Source of the DNA: Planctomycetota bacterium
GTDB taxonomy: Bacteria > Planctomycetota > UBA1135 > UBA2386
Direction of reading: 5' to 3'
DNA: 64,000 bases
Assembly (NCBI GenBank): GCA_965228735.1
Contig: OZ245838.1
Coordinates: forward strand, 5,664,001 to 5,728,000
In this document: one piece after another, positions 9,825 to 20,800 of the stretch
Position numbering within the stretch: position 1 is the stretch's first letter
Layout of the letters: each line of letters starts with the position of its first letter
Position numbers and translations under genes: made by a program
The notes under the pieces: model-generated
Database searches by the model: none
Told to the model about the DNA's origin: nothing
What the model saw: the letters and a program-made list of their open reading frames with translations, nothing else

Positions 9825-11039
9825 ATGAACTCCCGTCGATTCGCTCTTCTGGCCCTCCCGCTGCTCTGCATGCTCCAGGCCTGTCCGCCGACCGATCCTG
9901 GACCGGAGGTCCAGCCGGCGCCGCCACCGCCGCCGACGGAGAAGCCGATCACCGAGGCGATCGAGATCACGCTGAACGGGCCCGAGATGCGGTTCTGCTG
10001 TGACCCGAGCAAGCCGTTCCCGCAGGTCGTCGGGACGATCACGGTTACGAACACGAACACCGACTCGCAGACCGACGCGATCAACGTGTTCATCAACCTC
10101 GATGCCGGCCGCACGGACAACGTCGACACCCGGCCGAGCCTCGCGGTCCTTCGCAGTGGCCAGAGTCAGACGTTCGAGGTCGTGGCCAACACCTGTGACT
10201 TCGAGTCCGAGAGCATGCTGATCGAGACCGGTTATGCGAGCGCCGGCATCGAGCACACGCAGAACCTCACGGTCAACAACGCCTGTCCCGGCGGCTCGGC
10301 CACGGCGCAGACGCTACTCGCGCTCTATGGTGCCTCGCAGATCCTGCCGCTGTTCCACGAGTCGTTCGTCCTCGCGGCGATCGGCGCGGTGGTGCAGCAC
10401 TCCTCGGTGAACGTGCCGCCCGCGTTGATCGCGTGGCTGTTCGCCGAGATCACGGGCTACGGCGCGTTCGGCGTCTCGCTCACGGCGGCGCAGGTCGCGG
10501 CCGCGTTCTCGGCGACGAACGACAACCCGACGTTCCCCGAGGGCCAGGGCCCCGAAGGATTCACGATCCACCCGGACATCTCGACGCCGATGAGCGCCGG
10601 CGGTTTCGTCGTCGTCTACCAGGTCGTCGATGAACCCATCCCGCTCGCGGACCCGCAGCGGCACTTCCAGTATGGCTTCGTGTTCGACAGCGACGGCAAC
10701 ACGTTCAACAACTACACGCCGCCGGCGGCGTTCGACAACGACTTCTTCCGCGACACGGACCGCTGGTACGCCGTGACCTACTCGCCACAGGCGGGCTGGA
10801 GCCTCGCGGTCACCGACGCGACGAACGGCAACCTCACCGCGGTCGCGAGCGCGGCGCGGGTCATCATCCGCGACAACACGATGCTGCTGGTCGTGCCCGT
10901 GACCGAGTTCGCGGTGCCGAACCCGGCCTATCGCGTGACGTCGTTCGCGCACAACGGCGACTGGGGGCTCAACCCGCCGCACACGTGGTCGGGCGACCCG
11001 ACGCCGACGGTGCACGAACCGCTCGCGACGTTCCAGTAG
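9825..11039 (+). CDS. Hypothetical lipoprotein
   Basis: MNSRRFALLALPLLCMLQAC lipobox-like signal, a Pro-rich linker, then beta-rich domains. Codon usage is typical for the window. Confidence 0.75.
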   Translation: MNSRRFALLALPLLCMLQACPPTDPGPEVQPAPPPPPTEKPITEAIEITLNGPEMRFCCDPSKPFPQVVGTITVTNTNTDSQTDAINVFINLDAGRTDNVDTRPSLAVLRSGQSQTFEVVANTCDFESESMLIETGYASAGIEHTQNLTVNNACPGGSATAQTLLALYGASQILPLFHESFVLAAIGAVVQHSSVNVPPALIAWLFAEITGYGAFGVSLTAAQVAAAFSATNDNPTFPEGQGPEGFTIHPDISTPMSAGGFVVVYQVVDEPIPLADPQRHFQYGFVFDSDGNTFNNYTPPAAFDNDFFRDTDRWYAVTYSPQAGWSLAVTDATNGNLTAVASAARVIIRDNTMLLVVPVTEFAVPNPAYRVTSFAHNGDWGLNPPHTWSGDPTPTVHEPLATFQ

Positions 11040-11040
11040 G

Positions 11041-11064
11041 GCCGGGCGCCTGATGGCGCCCGGC
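11041..11064. terminator. Hairpin between convergent genes
   Basis: gccgggcgcc-tgat-ggcgcccggc is a perfect 10-bp stem. There is no clear U tract. Confidence 0.5.
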
Positions 11065-11090
11065 TAGTGCTAGCTATGCACGGCCGCCGG

Positions 11091-13952
11091 TCAGTTGCCG
11101 ACGGTGGCGCGGCCGGCGCCCGAGACCACGATGCCGAGGGCGTTCGCGGCGTCGATGACGGCCCACTGGTGGAACAGCTGCACGCCGACGAGGCCCGTCG
11201 CGTTCGGCACCGCGAAGGTGCCGGCGGCCGTGCCGCTGCCCGACGTGAAGATCAGCTGCGTCGAATCGGCCGACACGAGCAGATCACAGCCCGGCGCGTT
11301 CGGCAGCGGTGCCGGCAGCGACTGACCCTGGTAGGTCGTGTCCGACAGGCCCGTGACCAGGAACGCGCCGCTCGTGGCGACGGCATCGCTCAGCGTGACG
11401 TCGTACGAGCTGCCGAGGATCGGCAGGCCGGCGTTGCCGAGCGCCGGCGTCTCGAACGTCGGGCCACCGTTGCAGGTGACGCGCCACGACGGGTTTGCCA
11501 CGAGCTGCGACTGCGTCCACGTGGGCGTCGCCGCATCGCGCCAGAAGCCGACGCCGCCGTTGCCGCTGTTGAGCGTCGAGATGACGACGTTCTGCGCGGA
11601 GCTGTCGAGGCCGACGTAGAACGTGCCCGTCACGTTCACCGGTGCCGCGAACGTCGCGGTGTAGAAGCCGGCCGTCGGGCCGACCTGGATCGTCGTGCTC
11701 GCGACCGGGGTCGGCGACGGGGCGTTGCCGCTGCTGGCGTAGATGTGCGCGGGCGCGCTCACCGTGCCGCCGGTCGACTGGGTGAAGATGTCGAAGCTCA
11801 GGACCTGCACCGCACCCGTGTTGACGACGCGGTAGCAGTATTCGTTGTCGCGGGTCGCGCCCGAGAGCGCGCCGCCGTTGGGATTGAGCTCCGCGCAGTA
11901 GGTCGTGCCGACGACCGTGCCCGGGCAACCCTGCCCGAAGGCGGCGAACTGCGCGAACACCGGCAGCTGGCCCGTGCCGCCCGAGACCACGAGGCCGTAG
12001 TCGGCGTCGACGCCCGGCGTCTCGAGGTGGTTGTCGGCCACGACCGCGGTCGCGATGACCTCGACCGTCCAGACGCCGGCAGCCGGGTTCTGGACGAACA
12101 CGCACTCGATCGGGTTGATCCCGTCCTCGCTGCCGCCCGGCACCGACCAGTTGCCCTGCTCGAGGCCGTTGTTGCCCCAGTAGACCGTGTTGTCGGGCGC
12201 GGTGACGCGCAGCGACAGGTTGTTGATCAGCGTGATCGCGGCGGCCGGGTTCCCGGCCGGCTCGGCGTAGTGCAGCACCGTCTTGAGCGCCGTTTCACCC
12301 TGCGCGACCGTGATGTTCCACGTGCGCGTCTGACCCTGAGTCAGAACGTCCTGCTCGTCGATGATGAAGGTCCTGTCGCGCAGGTCCCACATCGTCTGCA
12401 GGTTGGGGAAGCCCCACCCGACGTGCTCGCGCCGGTTGTCGGTGCTCGCCGCGTTGAACGCGTACTGCCGCGCGCTCGCGACCTGCAGCGCCTTCAGCGT
12501 CGTGAAGTGCGGCCGGTTGCTGTGGGCGCTGCCGCCCGGGTTGCGCAGCGGGTTGCCGAAGATGCCGAAGCCCGGGTTGCTCGAGTCATCGGTGAACATC
12601 TCGATCGCGAGCGTGTTGTGGCCCGCGACGATCGGCGTTGCACCCGAAGTGCCGCCGAAGCCCGACGTCCAGTTGCCGGACGAGTAGCCGGCCGAGCCCG
12701 TGAGGTCGGACGTGCCGATGCCGTCGTAGTACGCGGACAGCGTCGGCTTGATGCGGCCGTCGGCCGCCGGACCGGTGCTGCCACTGCCGCTCCAGCTGTC
12801 GTCGAGCGGGTTGCTGTTGTTCTGGTGACGAACGCCACCGATCGAGAAGATGTTCTTCGCCCAGGCCTGCGGTCGGCTGTCCTGGTTGCCCGCGTTGCTC
12901 TGGCTCTGCGTCCACGAGATGTCGTGATCGAAGATGATGTCATCGGTCTCGGCCGAGACCGACGTGTAGAAGAACGTGCGTCCGCCGCCCCACGAGGCCG
13001 TCGTGTGGCTCACGTCGTGGATGTTCACGAGGTCGCTGACGACCTGCCAGCGCGAGCCGCTGACGCTGCCGTTGTTGGTGTAGAACTTGCCGGCGTCGGG
13101 CGCCATGCCGCGAACGGCCGGGTTGCTCGTGCCGTCGCCGAACACGATGCCCGCGGTCGCGTGGCCGTGCGACGATGCGGCACCGCCGCTGCGCACGTTG
13201 GTCACGAAGCTGTTGAAGTCCTGGTGACCGGCCTCGATGCCTTCGTAGATGTGCGTGTTGACGCCGACCCCGGTGTAGCCGCCCTGCGTTTCGACGTAGT
13301 TGCCGCCGCCCTGGATGCGGGCGTTGTCCATGTCGAACTCGTCGGGCGACCACGCGTCGATCCAGAGCACCTGGTCGAGCTGCGCCACCGCCAGCAGCTG
13401 CGCCTTGTTGAGCGTCGCGGAGAACAGGAGGCTGCCCGTGTGCTCGTCGTTCACGGTGCCGCCGAGTGCTCTGATGTGGGCCGCGAGCGCCGGCTTGTCG
13501 TTGTGCTTGTCGACGACGACCATGTTGTAGCGGGCCTGCTCGACGTCACCCTCGAGGCTGGCGATGAGCGCCGGGTCGAGGCGGTAGGCCGGGTGGTAGT
13601 GACCGACCCAGCGCACCTGCGGCAGCGCGCGCACGGGCTCGGTGCTGCTGTGGCTCATGCGCACGACGTACGCGTTGTCGGGCAGGTAGCCGTGCACCTC
13701 CACGTTGGTTTCGGCGAGGCCGTTGCGGTCGGCCTGCGTCGGCGTGCCGTCGAACTGCACGATCCAGAGGCGGCTGCTCGAGTTCGCCGTCAGCGCGGCC
13801 GGCAGCGCCGGTTCGCCCGCGAGCGGATCGAAGTTCTCGTAGCGCAGGTGCAGGCGCGACGATTCGCTCTGGTCCTGGGCGATGGCGGGAAGGGAGAAAA
13901 GGAGACCAGCGGCGCACGTGATGAGTGCGCCCGGAGTCTTGGCGTGATGCAT
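11091..13952 (-). CDS. Secreted S8 (subtilase) family serine peptidase with the shared C-terminal module
   Basis: Signal ..PAIAQ and a prodomain. Catalytic motifs IYEG, HGHATAG, QSQSNAG, GGTSGATP, plus GPAADGRIKP. C-terminus APGC..QWAVIDAANALG. Confidence 0.9.
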   Translation of the reverse strand: MHHAKTPGALITCAAGLLFSLPAIAQDQSESSRLHLRYENFDPLAGEPALPAALTANSSSRLWIVQFDGTPTQADRNGLAETNVEVHGYLPDNAYVVRMSHSSTEPVRALPQVRWVGHYHPAYRLDPALIASLEGDVEQARYNMVVVDKHNDKPALAAHIRALGGTVNDEHTGSLLFSATLNKAQLLAVAQLDQVLWIDAWSPDEFDMDNARIQGGGNYVETQGGYTGVGVNTHIYEGIEAGHQDFNSFVTNVRSGGAASSHGHATAGIVFGDGTSNPAVRGMAPDAGKFYTNNGSVSGSRWQVVSDLVNIHDVSHTTASWGGGRTFFYTSVSAETDDIIFDHDISWTQSQSNAGNQDSRPQAWAKNIFSIGGVRHQNNSNPLDDSWSGSGSTGPAADGRIKPTLSAYYDGIGTSDLTGSAGYSSGNWTSGFGGTSGATPIVAGHNTLAIEMFTDDSSNPGFGIFGNPLRNPGGSAHSNRPHFTTLKALQVASARQYAFNAASTDNRREHVGWGFPNLQTMWDLRDRTFIIDEQDVLTQGQTRTWNITVAQGETALKTVLHYAEPAGNPAAAITLINNLSLRVTAPDNTVYWGNNGLEQGNWSVPGGSEDGINPIECVFVQNPAAGVWTVEVIATAVVADNHLETPGVDADYGLVVSGGTGQLPVFAQFAAFGQGCPGTVVGTTYCAELNPNGGALSGATRDNEYCYRVVNTGAVQVLSFDIFTQSTGGTVSAPAHIYASSGNAPSPTPVASTTIQVGPTAGFYTATFAAPVNVTGTFYVGLDSSAQNVVISTLNSGNGGVGFWRDAATPTWTQSQLVANPSWRVTCNGGPTFETPALGNAGLPILGSSYDVTLSDAVATSGAFLVTGLSDTTYQGQSLPAPLPNAPGCDLLVSADSTQLIFTSGSGTAAGTFAVPNATGLVGVQLFHQWAVIDAANALGIVVSGAGRATVGN

Positions 13953-14283
13953 GTAACTCGGGGTGGGGCAGCAGCGAGGGGAGGCGGCACAATCCTACCG
14001 CTCCGACGCGGAGTGCAACCCCGGAAGATCACCGCTAGCGGTCTGGCGAAAGTGCCAATGCTCAGTGCCGAATGACCCGCCCCGACCGCGACCCGCCCAT
14101 CGCAGGCGGCGATCGGGGGGCTCGATCGCTCGAGCCCAGGTTCGTTCGGATCGGATGGGAAACTCGTCGCGCGCGGCGGCCAAACGGCCACACCGGTCAC
14201 GAACTCTGCTCAACTGGCCCGCTGCCCCATCCGGTAGTCGGCCGTTTCCTCACATCACCACACCACTCCTCGAGACCCAATCC

Positions 14284-17200
14284 ATGCGACTCGTCTTCGC
14301 GCGCTCCGCTGCTGGAGCTCTCTGCTTTCTGACTCCCGTGCTTGCCCAGAACGGTGACCGGGTCGTCGGCGAGGTGTTCGATTCGACCGGCGGCGGTCAA
14401 GTACGCACGCCGGCCGTCGACCACCGCCTGATGCTCGGCTACGGCGTCTTCGATCCGCTCGCCGGAGCCCCGCCGGTGTCGGCCGAACTGTCGGCCCGCG
14501 CGGACGTCGGCCTCTTCATCGTTCAGTTCGGTTACGCGTGCATCGACGCGGATCGTCGAGCGTTGCGCGACGCGGGCGCGAAGCTCGTGTCGTCGCTGCC
14601 GCACAACGCGCTGATCGTGCGCATGGGGGCGGAGCAGATGGCCGCCGTTGCGCGCACCGACGGCGTGCGCTGGGTGGGACCGTACCACCCGGCCTACCGC
14701 CTCGAAGGCGATCTGCTGACCGCGATCGCGGCCGCCGCGCCGATGCCGGTGCGGGGCTACAACCTGGTCATGGCGGACAAGGTCAACGACAAGGCCGCGC
14801 TGGCGCGCAAGATCGCTGCGGTAGGAGGCAAGGTCACGGATCGCCACGACCGCGGCCTGCTGATGACCGCCGAACTCTCGAAGGAGCAGCTCATCGCGGT
14901 GGCGCGCTTCGACGAGGTCCTCTGGATCGATCGCGAGACGGCGCCCGAGCTCGACATGGACAACGCCCGCATCGTGCAGGGCAGCAACTACATCGAGACC
15001 GCTGCTGGCTACACGGGTGCAGGTCTCGGCAGCGGCCGCATTCGCGGTCACGTCTACGAAGGCGTCGAGTTCAACCATCCCGACTTCACCGTCCCGATGA
15101 CGAACGTTCGTAGCGGCGGCCAGGCGCAGGCTCACGGTCACTGCACCGCTGGCATCGTGTTCGGCAACGGCACGAGCGCGCCGCAGGCTCGTGGGCATGC
15201 CCCGGGTGCGCAGGGCTTCTACACGACCTTCACGACCGTCACCGCCGGCTTCTCGCGCAACATGGTCATCGACGACGTCGTCAACGTGCACAACTGCCTG
15301 TTCACGACCGCGTCGTGGGGCAATGCGCGCACGACGGTGTACAACTCGATCTCGGCGGACGCGGACGACATCGTCTTCGACCATCGCATCCCGTGGACGC
15401 AGAGCCAGTCCAACTCCGGCAACCAGGAGAGTCGGCCGCAGGCGTGGGCGAAGAACGTCTTCTCGATCGGCGGCATGCGCCACAACGACAACGCCGATCC
15501 GACCGATGACTTCTGGGGCGGCGGCGCCTCGACCGGTCCGGCGGCCGACGGCCGCATCAAGCCGGACCTCTGCAACTTCTACGACGACGTGTGGACGTCG
15601 GACCTCACGGGCTCGGCCGGCTACGCCAGCGGCAACTCGTTCCAGAGCTTCGGCGGCACATCGGCCGCGACGCCGATCACCGCCGGTCTGAACGCGCTCG
15701 CGATCGAGATGTACACGGACCACATCCTGTGCAACCCGCCGCGCGTTCATGGTGGCTCGGACTTCGAGAACCGTCCGTACGCGCAGACGCTCAAGGCTCT
15801 GATGATCGCCAACGCGTCGCTATATCCGTGGGGTTCGGGGGTCGGCCAGTCGATCCGCAGCGTCCAGGGCTGGGGCTACGGCAACGTCCGCACGATCTAC
15901 GACAACCGGGCGCGAATGATGATCATCCCGGAGGACAAGCCCATCCAGCAGGGACAGACGCACACGTACTTCATCGACGTCGCGCCCGGCACGCCGATCC
16001 TCAAGGTCTGCATGAGCTACCTCGATCCGGCGGGTTCGCCGGCCGCTGCACTCGCGCGGGTCAACGACCTCACGCTCGAGGTCACGCAACCGAACGGCGT
16101 CGACTACTGGGGCAACGCCGGTCTGCGGACCAGCAACCAGTCGTCGAGTGCCGGTGGCGCGGACAACGTCGACACCGTCGAGTGCGTCATTCGCGCGAAT
16201 CCGATGCCGGGCATGTGGCGGATCGACGTCACCGCGCCGCTGATCGCGCAGGATGCGCACGTCGCGACGGCGGCGGCCGACGCGACCTACGCTCTCGTCG
16301 CCGCCGGCGGCGCGCGGACCTACGACAGCTGTGCCCGCACGATCCCGGACGACTCGCCGGCCTCCGGCACCGTGAACGTGATCCCGTTCGGCTCGACGAC
16401 GCCGGCGCTTCTGAGCGGCACGTTCGCGACCAACAACGGAGGTTCGGTCGGCGGCGCGGTCTACTTCGACCTCGCTGTCACCAACGACCTCTTCTGGAAC
16501 GGCATCGATCTCAACACGGGCATCGGCGCGGGCACGAACATCCAGCTCGACGTCTACACCCGCATCGGCACGCACGTCGGCAACGAGGGCAGCATGGCCG
16601 GCTGGACGGCGCGCACCGCCGGTCTCGGCGTGGCGGCGGCTTCGGACTCGCCGAGCAAGGTCGACTTCAACGCGCCGCTCTCCATGAACGGCGGCACGAC
16701 CTACGGCGTCGCGATCGTGGCGCGCAACTTCGACCACGACTACACGAACGGCGCGAACGTCTTCGCCGACGCCAACCTTACGATGACGACGGGCTCGGCC
16801 GCGAACGTGCCGTTCACCGGGAGCCCGTTCACGCCGCGTTCCGCGAACCTGAACATCCGTTACCGGCCGGATCAGAGCGCCTGGCACAATCAGCGCTACC
16901 AGACGGTGTTGCGCTGTCAGGATCTCGGTCCGGCCGGCTCGATCACGGGGCTGTCGTTCGCGCCAACGGTGACGACCAGGCACCTGAATCGTCGGTTGCG
17001 GATCCGGATGGTGCACCGGCCAGCCGGTTACGAACTGTCGAACACGTTCGCGACCAACATCGCGGGCGGACAGGACGTGCTCGACGAACTCGACTACGTG
17101 TGGCACACGACGGCCGACGTCTGGAACGAGATCGGGCTGACGAGTCCGTTCGCCTACAACGGCACGGACGACGTCGTGATCGAGATCCTGGCGCGCGGCA

Positions 17201-17739
17201 ACCACAACCAGAGCAGCGGCTCGATCGATGGCTTCCATCGCGGCGCGACGACACCGCGCATCTGGGCCGAAGGTTGGCCGTCGACGTCGGTGCCGACCGT
17301 GGCTTCCGGCTCGGACACGAATGGCACGAAGATCCGCGTCGAGTTCGCGTGCCCGAACGGCGGCGCCTTCGGCAGCAGTTGCGGGCCGCTGCGCGCGCTG
17401 CCGTTCAGCACGCCGCTGGCCGGCACGTCGTTCTGGTACGACGTCTACGACGCCGTGCCGAACAGCGCTGCGATCGTGCAGCTCGGTCTGAATCAGACGG
17501 GCGTTTCGCTGACCGGTTCGGGATTCACGAACTGCTTCCAGTGGAACGACCCGATCGCGTCGGTGTTCTACCTGACGTCGGGCGCCGGCTTCGCGACGCA
17601 CGTGTTGAACGTGCCGCCGGGCACGATGTTCGACGGCCTGGTCATCTACGGCCACTGGTACAATCTCGATCCGGCGCAGCCGGGCGGACTCACCGCGTCG
17701 AACTACATCCGCAGCATCGTCGGTAGCCAGAACCCGTAG
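14284..17739 (+). CDS. Secreted S8 (subtilase) family serine peptidase, paralog of 11091..13952, with two extra domains and the shared C-terminal module
   Basis: ATG 14284 MRLVFARSAAGALCFLTPVLAQ. Motifs VYEG, HGHCTAG, QSQSNSG, GGTSAATP, GPAADGRIKPD. Confidence 0.9.
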   Translation: MRLVFARSAAGALCFLTPVLAQNGDRVVGEVFDSTGGGQVRTPAVDHRLMLGYGVFDPLAGAPPVSAELSARADVGLFIVQFGYACIDADRRALRDAGAKLVSSLPHNALIVRMGAEQMAAVARTDGVRWVGPYHPAYRLEGDLLTAIAAAAPMPVRGYNLVMADKVNDKAALARKIAAVGGKVTDRHDRGLLMTAELSKEQLIAVARFDEVLWIDRETAPELDMDNARIVQGSNYIETAAGYTGAGLGSGRIRGHVYEGVEFNHPDFTVPMTNVRSGGQAQAHGHCTAGIVFGNGTSAPQARGHAPGAQGFYTTFTTVTAGFSRNMVIDDVVNVHNCLFTTASWGNARTTVYNSISADADDIVFDHRIPWTQSQSNSGNQESRPQAWAKNVFSIGGMRHNDNADPTDDFWGGGASTGPAADGRIKPDLCNFYDDVWTSDLTGSAGYASGNSFQSFGGTSAATPITAGLNALAIEMYTDHILCNPPRVHGGSDFENRPYAQTLKALMIANASLYPWGSGVGQSIRSVQGWGYGNVRTIYDNRARMMIIPEDKPIQQGQTHTYFIDVAPGTPILKVCMSYLDPAGSPAAALARVNDLTLEVTQPNGVDYWGNAGLRTSNQSSSAGGADNVDTVECVIRANPMPGMWRIDVTAPLIAQDAHVATAAADATYALVAAGGARTYDSCARTIPDDSPASGTVNVIPFGSTTPALLSGTFATNNGGSVGGAVYFDLAVTNDLFWNGIDLNTGIGAGTNIQLDVYTRIGTHVGNEGSMAGWTARTAGLGVAAASDSPSKVDFNAPLSMNGGTTYGVAIVARNFDHDYTNGANVFADANLTMTTGSAANVPFTGSPFTPRSANLNIRYRPDQSAWHNQRYQTVLRCQDLGPAGSITGLSFAPTVTTRHLNRRLRIRMVHRPAGYELSNTFATNIAGGQDVLDELDYVWHTTADVWNEIGLTSPFAYNGTDDVVIEILARGNHNQSSGSIDGFHRGATTPRIWAEGWPSTSVPTVASGSDTNGTKIRVEFACPNGGAFGSSCGPLRALPFSTPLAGTSFWYDVYDAVPNSAAIVQLGLNQTGVSLTGSGFTNCFQWNDPIASVFYLTSGAGFATHVLNVPPGTMFDGLVIYGHWYNLDPAQPGGLTASNYIRSIVGSQNP

Positions 17740-17756
17740 GCGTTTGGTTCACGAAT

Positions 17757-17798
17757 CGGGCGGGCCCGGCGGATCGCGTGATCCGTTGGGCCCGTTCG
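17757..17798 (+). terminator. Stem-loop after the S8 gene, between convergent genes
   Basis: cgggcgggcccggcggatc-gcgt-gatccgttgggcccgttcg forms a stem with G-U pairs on the + transcript. Confidence 0.55.
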
Positions 17799-17843
17799 TC
17801 GTGGTGCTCGAGCACTTCGTGGAGCTGCTGCGCTGAGGGTGAG

Positions 17844-20800
17844 CTACCGGCGCCGGGCGAGTCGTTCGAGCGCCTTGGTGATCACCTCGTCCTCGATGTC
17901 GATCACGATCTCGGGGTCGCCGTCGCCCGACAGCGAGACGCGTTGCGGCGAGACCGGGTTGCGGCGCCAGCTCGTGAAGCGTTCGTCGACATGGACCCGG
18001 TGCTTGGCGCCGTGGACCTTCACCCCGACCGAGAACATGCCGGGCGCCGAGATCGGCACCGTGCCGCGGCCGGTCGCGGCGTCGACGATCGTGCCGCTGC
18101 CGGTGCCGAGGAGCGCTTGCAGCCGGGTGGTGCGCGTATGGACCGCGAGCTCGCGCCGGCCGCGTCGCCGCAGCCTCACGAGCGCGGATTCACGTTCGCC
18201 TTCGCGCGGCTCGAGCTGAATGTCGACGCGACAACCGGCGAACCGCGCCGCGACGTTCGGCGCGAGCCGAACGGGCACCTCGAGGCACGGCTCGAACGTG
18301 ACCTGCACCGAATCCGCGCTCACGGCGGGGCGGCGCCACAGCCGGTGGCCCGGCATCGCGGCGACGACGTCGACCGGGCCCGGGCCGACGAGCAGGTCGG
18401 CGCGGCCGTTGGCATCGAACATCAACCCGTCGCGCGCGGTCGTCGCATCGCCGGCCGGCGCCGTGAACGCACCGCCCGCCGTCACCGGTTGTGGTCCGCT
18501 CGGCAGCGGCGCGACCTGGACCCGCAGAATGCGGATGTGGGGGCGCAGGTCGATCGGATCGAGGCGGGGATCGGGCAGAGCGCCGGGTTCGACCAGCACG
18601 CCGTCGAGACTGACGACTGGCGCGGGCATGCCCGGTGCGCGGATCTCGACGCGGTAGTTGCCGGGCGGCAGCGCCGGCCAGGAGAACGTCGCCGTGTCCC
18701 CGCGGCAGTCGACGAGCCTGGCCGTCTCGCGGCGCGGTTCACCGTCGTCGGATTCGTCCGACGTTCGCGGCAGCGACGCGCCGTCGTGCCGGACGACGCG
18801 ACAGTCGATCGAGCGCGCGTGCGCGGCGGGCGCGATCACTTTCGCGGTGAGCGGCTGCCCGCGTTCGATTCGGACCGTGACGTCGTCGTCGCCGGGTGCC
18901 GTCTCGATCGGTTGCGGCACGATGAAGTGCCCGGCGGCGGCGACCCGAACGCGAACCCGTTCGGCCGTGGTCGAGCCGCGCAACGTGAACGTCGGGTCGT
19001 AACCGGGATGGACGGTGACGGAGCCGAGCCAGTGCCAGCCCCTGGTCTCGTGCGGAACCTCGACGACGACTTTGACGGGTGGACCGCTCCAACGGCTGTC
19101 ATCGATGTCGAGGGTGCCCGCGACGACGACGTCGTCGCCGGTCAGGGTGAGCGTGCCGAGGTCGTGCAGTTCTCCTGCGGCCGCGCGTTCGAGCTCGAAC
19201 GTGCACTGCTGCTGGCGTTCGCCATGTTGCGAAGGTTGGCTCTCGAGCTGGATCGTGCCCGCGAGTGCGCCACCGACGGGCACGACCCAGCGGACGTGCC
19301 CCTCGGCGTCGGTCACGGCCTGGTGGAGACAGCGGCGACGGCCGGCCTTCGCGTTGATGCGGACGCTCCGCTCGGCTGCCGGCGTCCCGTCCGGGAACGC
19401 GAGCCTGGCGCGGACCTCGCACGGCTCGAGGTCGGTGGTCATCACGACCCGGAGCTCTTCGCCGGGCTCGGTCGGACCCTGAATCTGGCGTTCGGCCCGG
19501 AACGAGGGCGTTCGGATCCGAGCCGACACGTCCAGGGTCTGATTCAGCTCGACTTCGGGAACGTGCAGCGTGCCGGGCTCACTCCGGGTCCAGGTGGAGG
19601 CGCCGTGAAGCTCCGACGGATGGCCGAGCGGGATCGGCGCGACCCACGCGTCGATCTCGCTCGCGACGGGCCGACCCGACGGCGACCGGAGCTCGACCGT
19701 GACGGTGCCGGTCGCCGGGTAGCGCAGCTCGGTCACGCGGTGGAGCGCCGACTCGAGATCGAGACGCACATAGGGCGACTGACCGACCGTCCGCGGCCGC
19801 ACATGGAAGCGGTCGCGGTCGATGCGCGCCCGCAGCCGGATGATGCCGTTCTCGTCCGATGGCCCGGCCTTGCCGCCATATCCGCACTGCTCCGGCACGA
19901 GCGTGCCGGTCGCCCCGTTGGAGTACTCGATCAGCTTGCCGGCGACCGGGGCGCCGCCGTCGTCGACGAGTCGGATGCGCAGCCAGCGCGCGGGCCCGAG
20001 CCAGAGCGTCGCGGGTTGGCCCGCGATGAGGTCCGTCGGTCGGATGTGCTCCCGGACCGTCCGATCGCCCAGCGCCGCGAGCACCCGGTTGCCGGTCAAG
20101 GGCAGTCGGATGCGCGCGCGGCCGTCGGCGTCGGTCTTCGCGTGCTCGCCTTCGCGCCGCAAGAACGCATCCGACGTCCAGTTCTCCTGGAGCGCGCGGT
20201 CGCGGCGGGCCGCCGGGGACCGGAAGTCGATGCCGACCGGCAGGAAGAACAGATCGGCGTTCGCCACGGGCGCGCCCGATTCGTCGTCGAGCACGAGCAC
20301 GTCGACGGGGACGGTCGGCTCGTCGGTGACCGGAAAGCGATGGCCGCGGTCGGCGGTCGCGTTCGCATTGACGACCGGCGTCGTGACGGCTTCGCGGTCG
20401 CGTTCGCCGGTCTCGTCGACGCGGCCCTCGCCCGTGGCCATCGCACCGACCCGTTCCGTCGTCGGCGCCGCGGCGGGCTGTTCGGGTGAGCGCCAGAGAT
20501 TCGCGGTCGCGACCCAGGCAGAGAACGCCAGCAGCATCAGGGCGGCGGCGACGAGCAACTTCTTCGGCGTCGACATGGCGAGCAGGGCCAGGGCAGGGGC
20601 GGGGGCAGGCGTCGGCAGTGGATCCGTCGCCAGCAGGAGCAGCGGCCCGGCCCACGCGTCGCGGCGGCCGCCGCTCCTGGCATCGAGTCGGGTGCGCAGG
20701 TGATCGAGCCCGCGCTTCACGCGGGAGCGCACGGTCGCGACGGCGATGCCGTGGCGGGCGGCGATCTCCTCGCTCGACAGACACTCGTAGAAGCGCGCGA

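Noticed and set aside
13992..14018. TTGCAC...TAGGAT sigma-70-like promoter on the minus strand for S8 #1
   Set aside because: The spacer is only 15 nt. It is plausible but not well enough supported.
11067..14075. 1002-aa plus-strand ORF, and many similar long antisense or alternate-frame ORFs (e.g. 17778..20489, 30415..32664, 48525..50960)
   Set aside because: These are shadow ORFs of real genes in high-GC DNA. They are Arg/Ala/Pro-rich with no motifs and lie opposite genes with clear homology.
14196..14215. gtcacga motif upstream of both 14284 and 25984 (at 25913) as a shared regulatory site
   Set aside because: Only 7 identical bases in two instances, which is compatible with chance.
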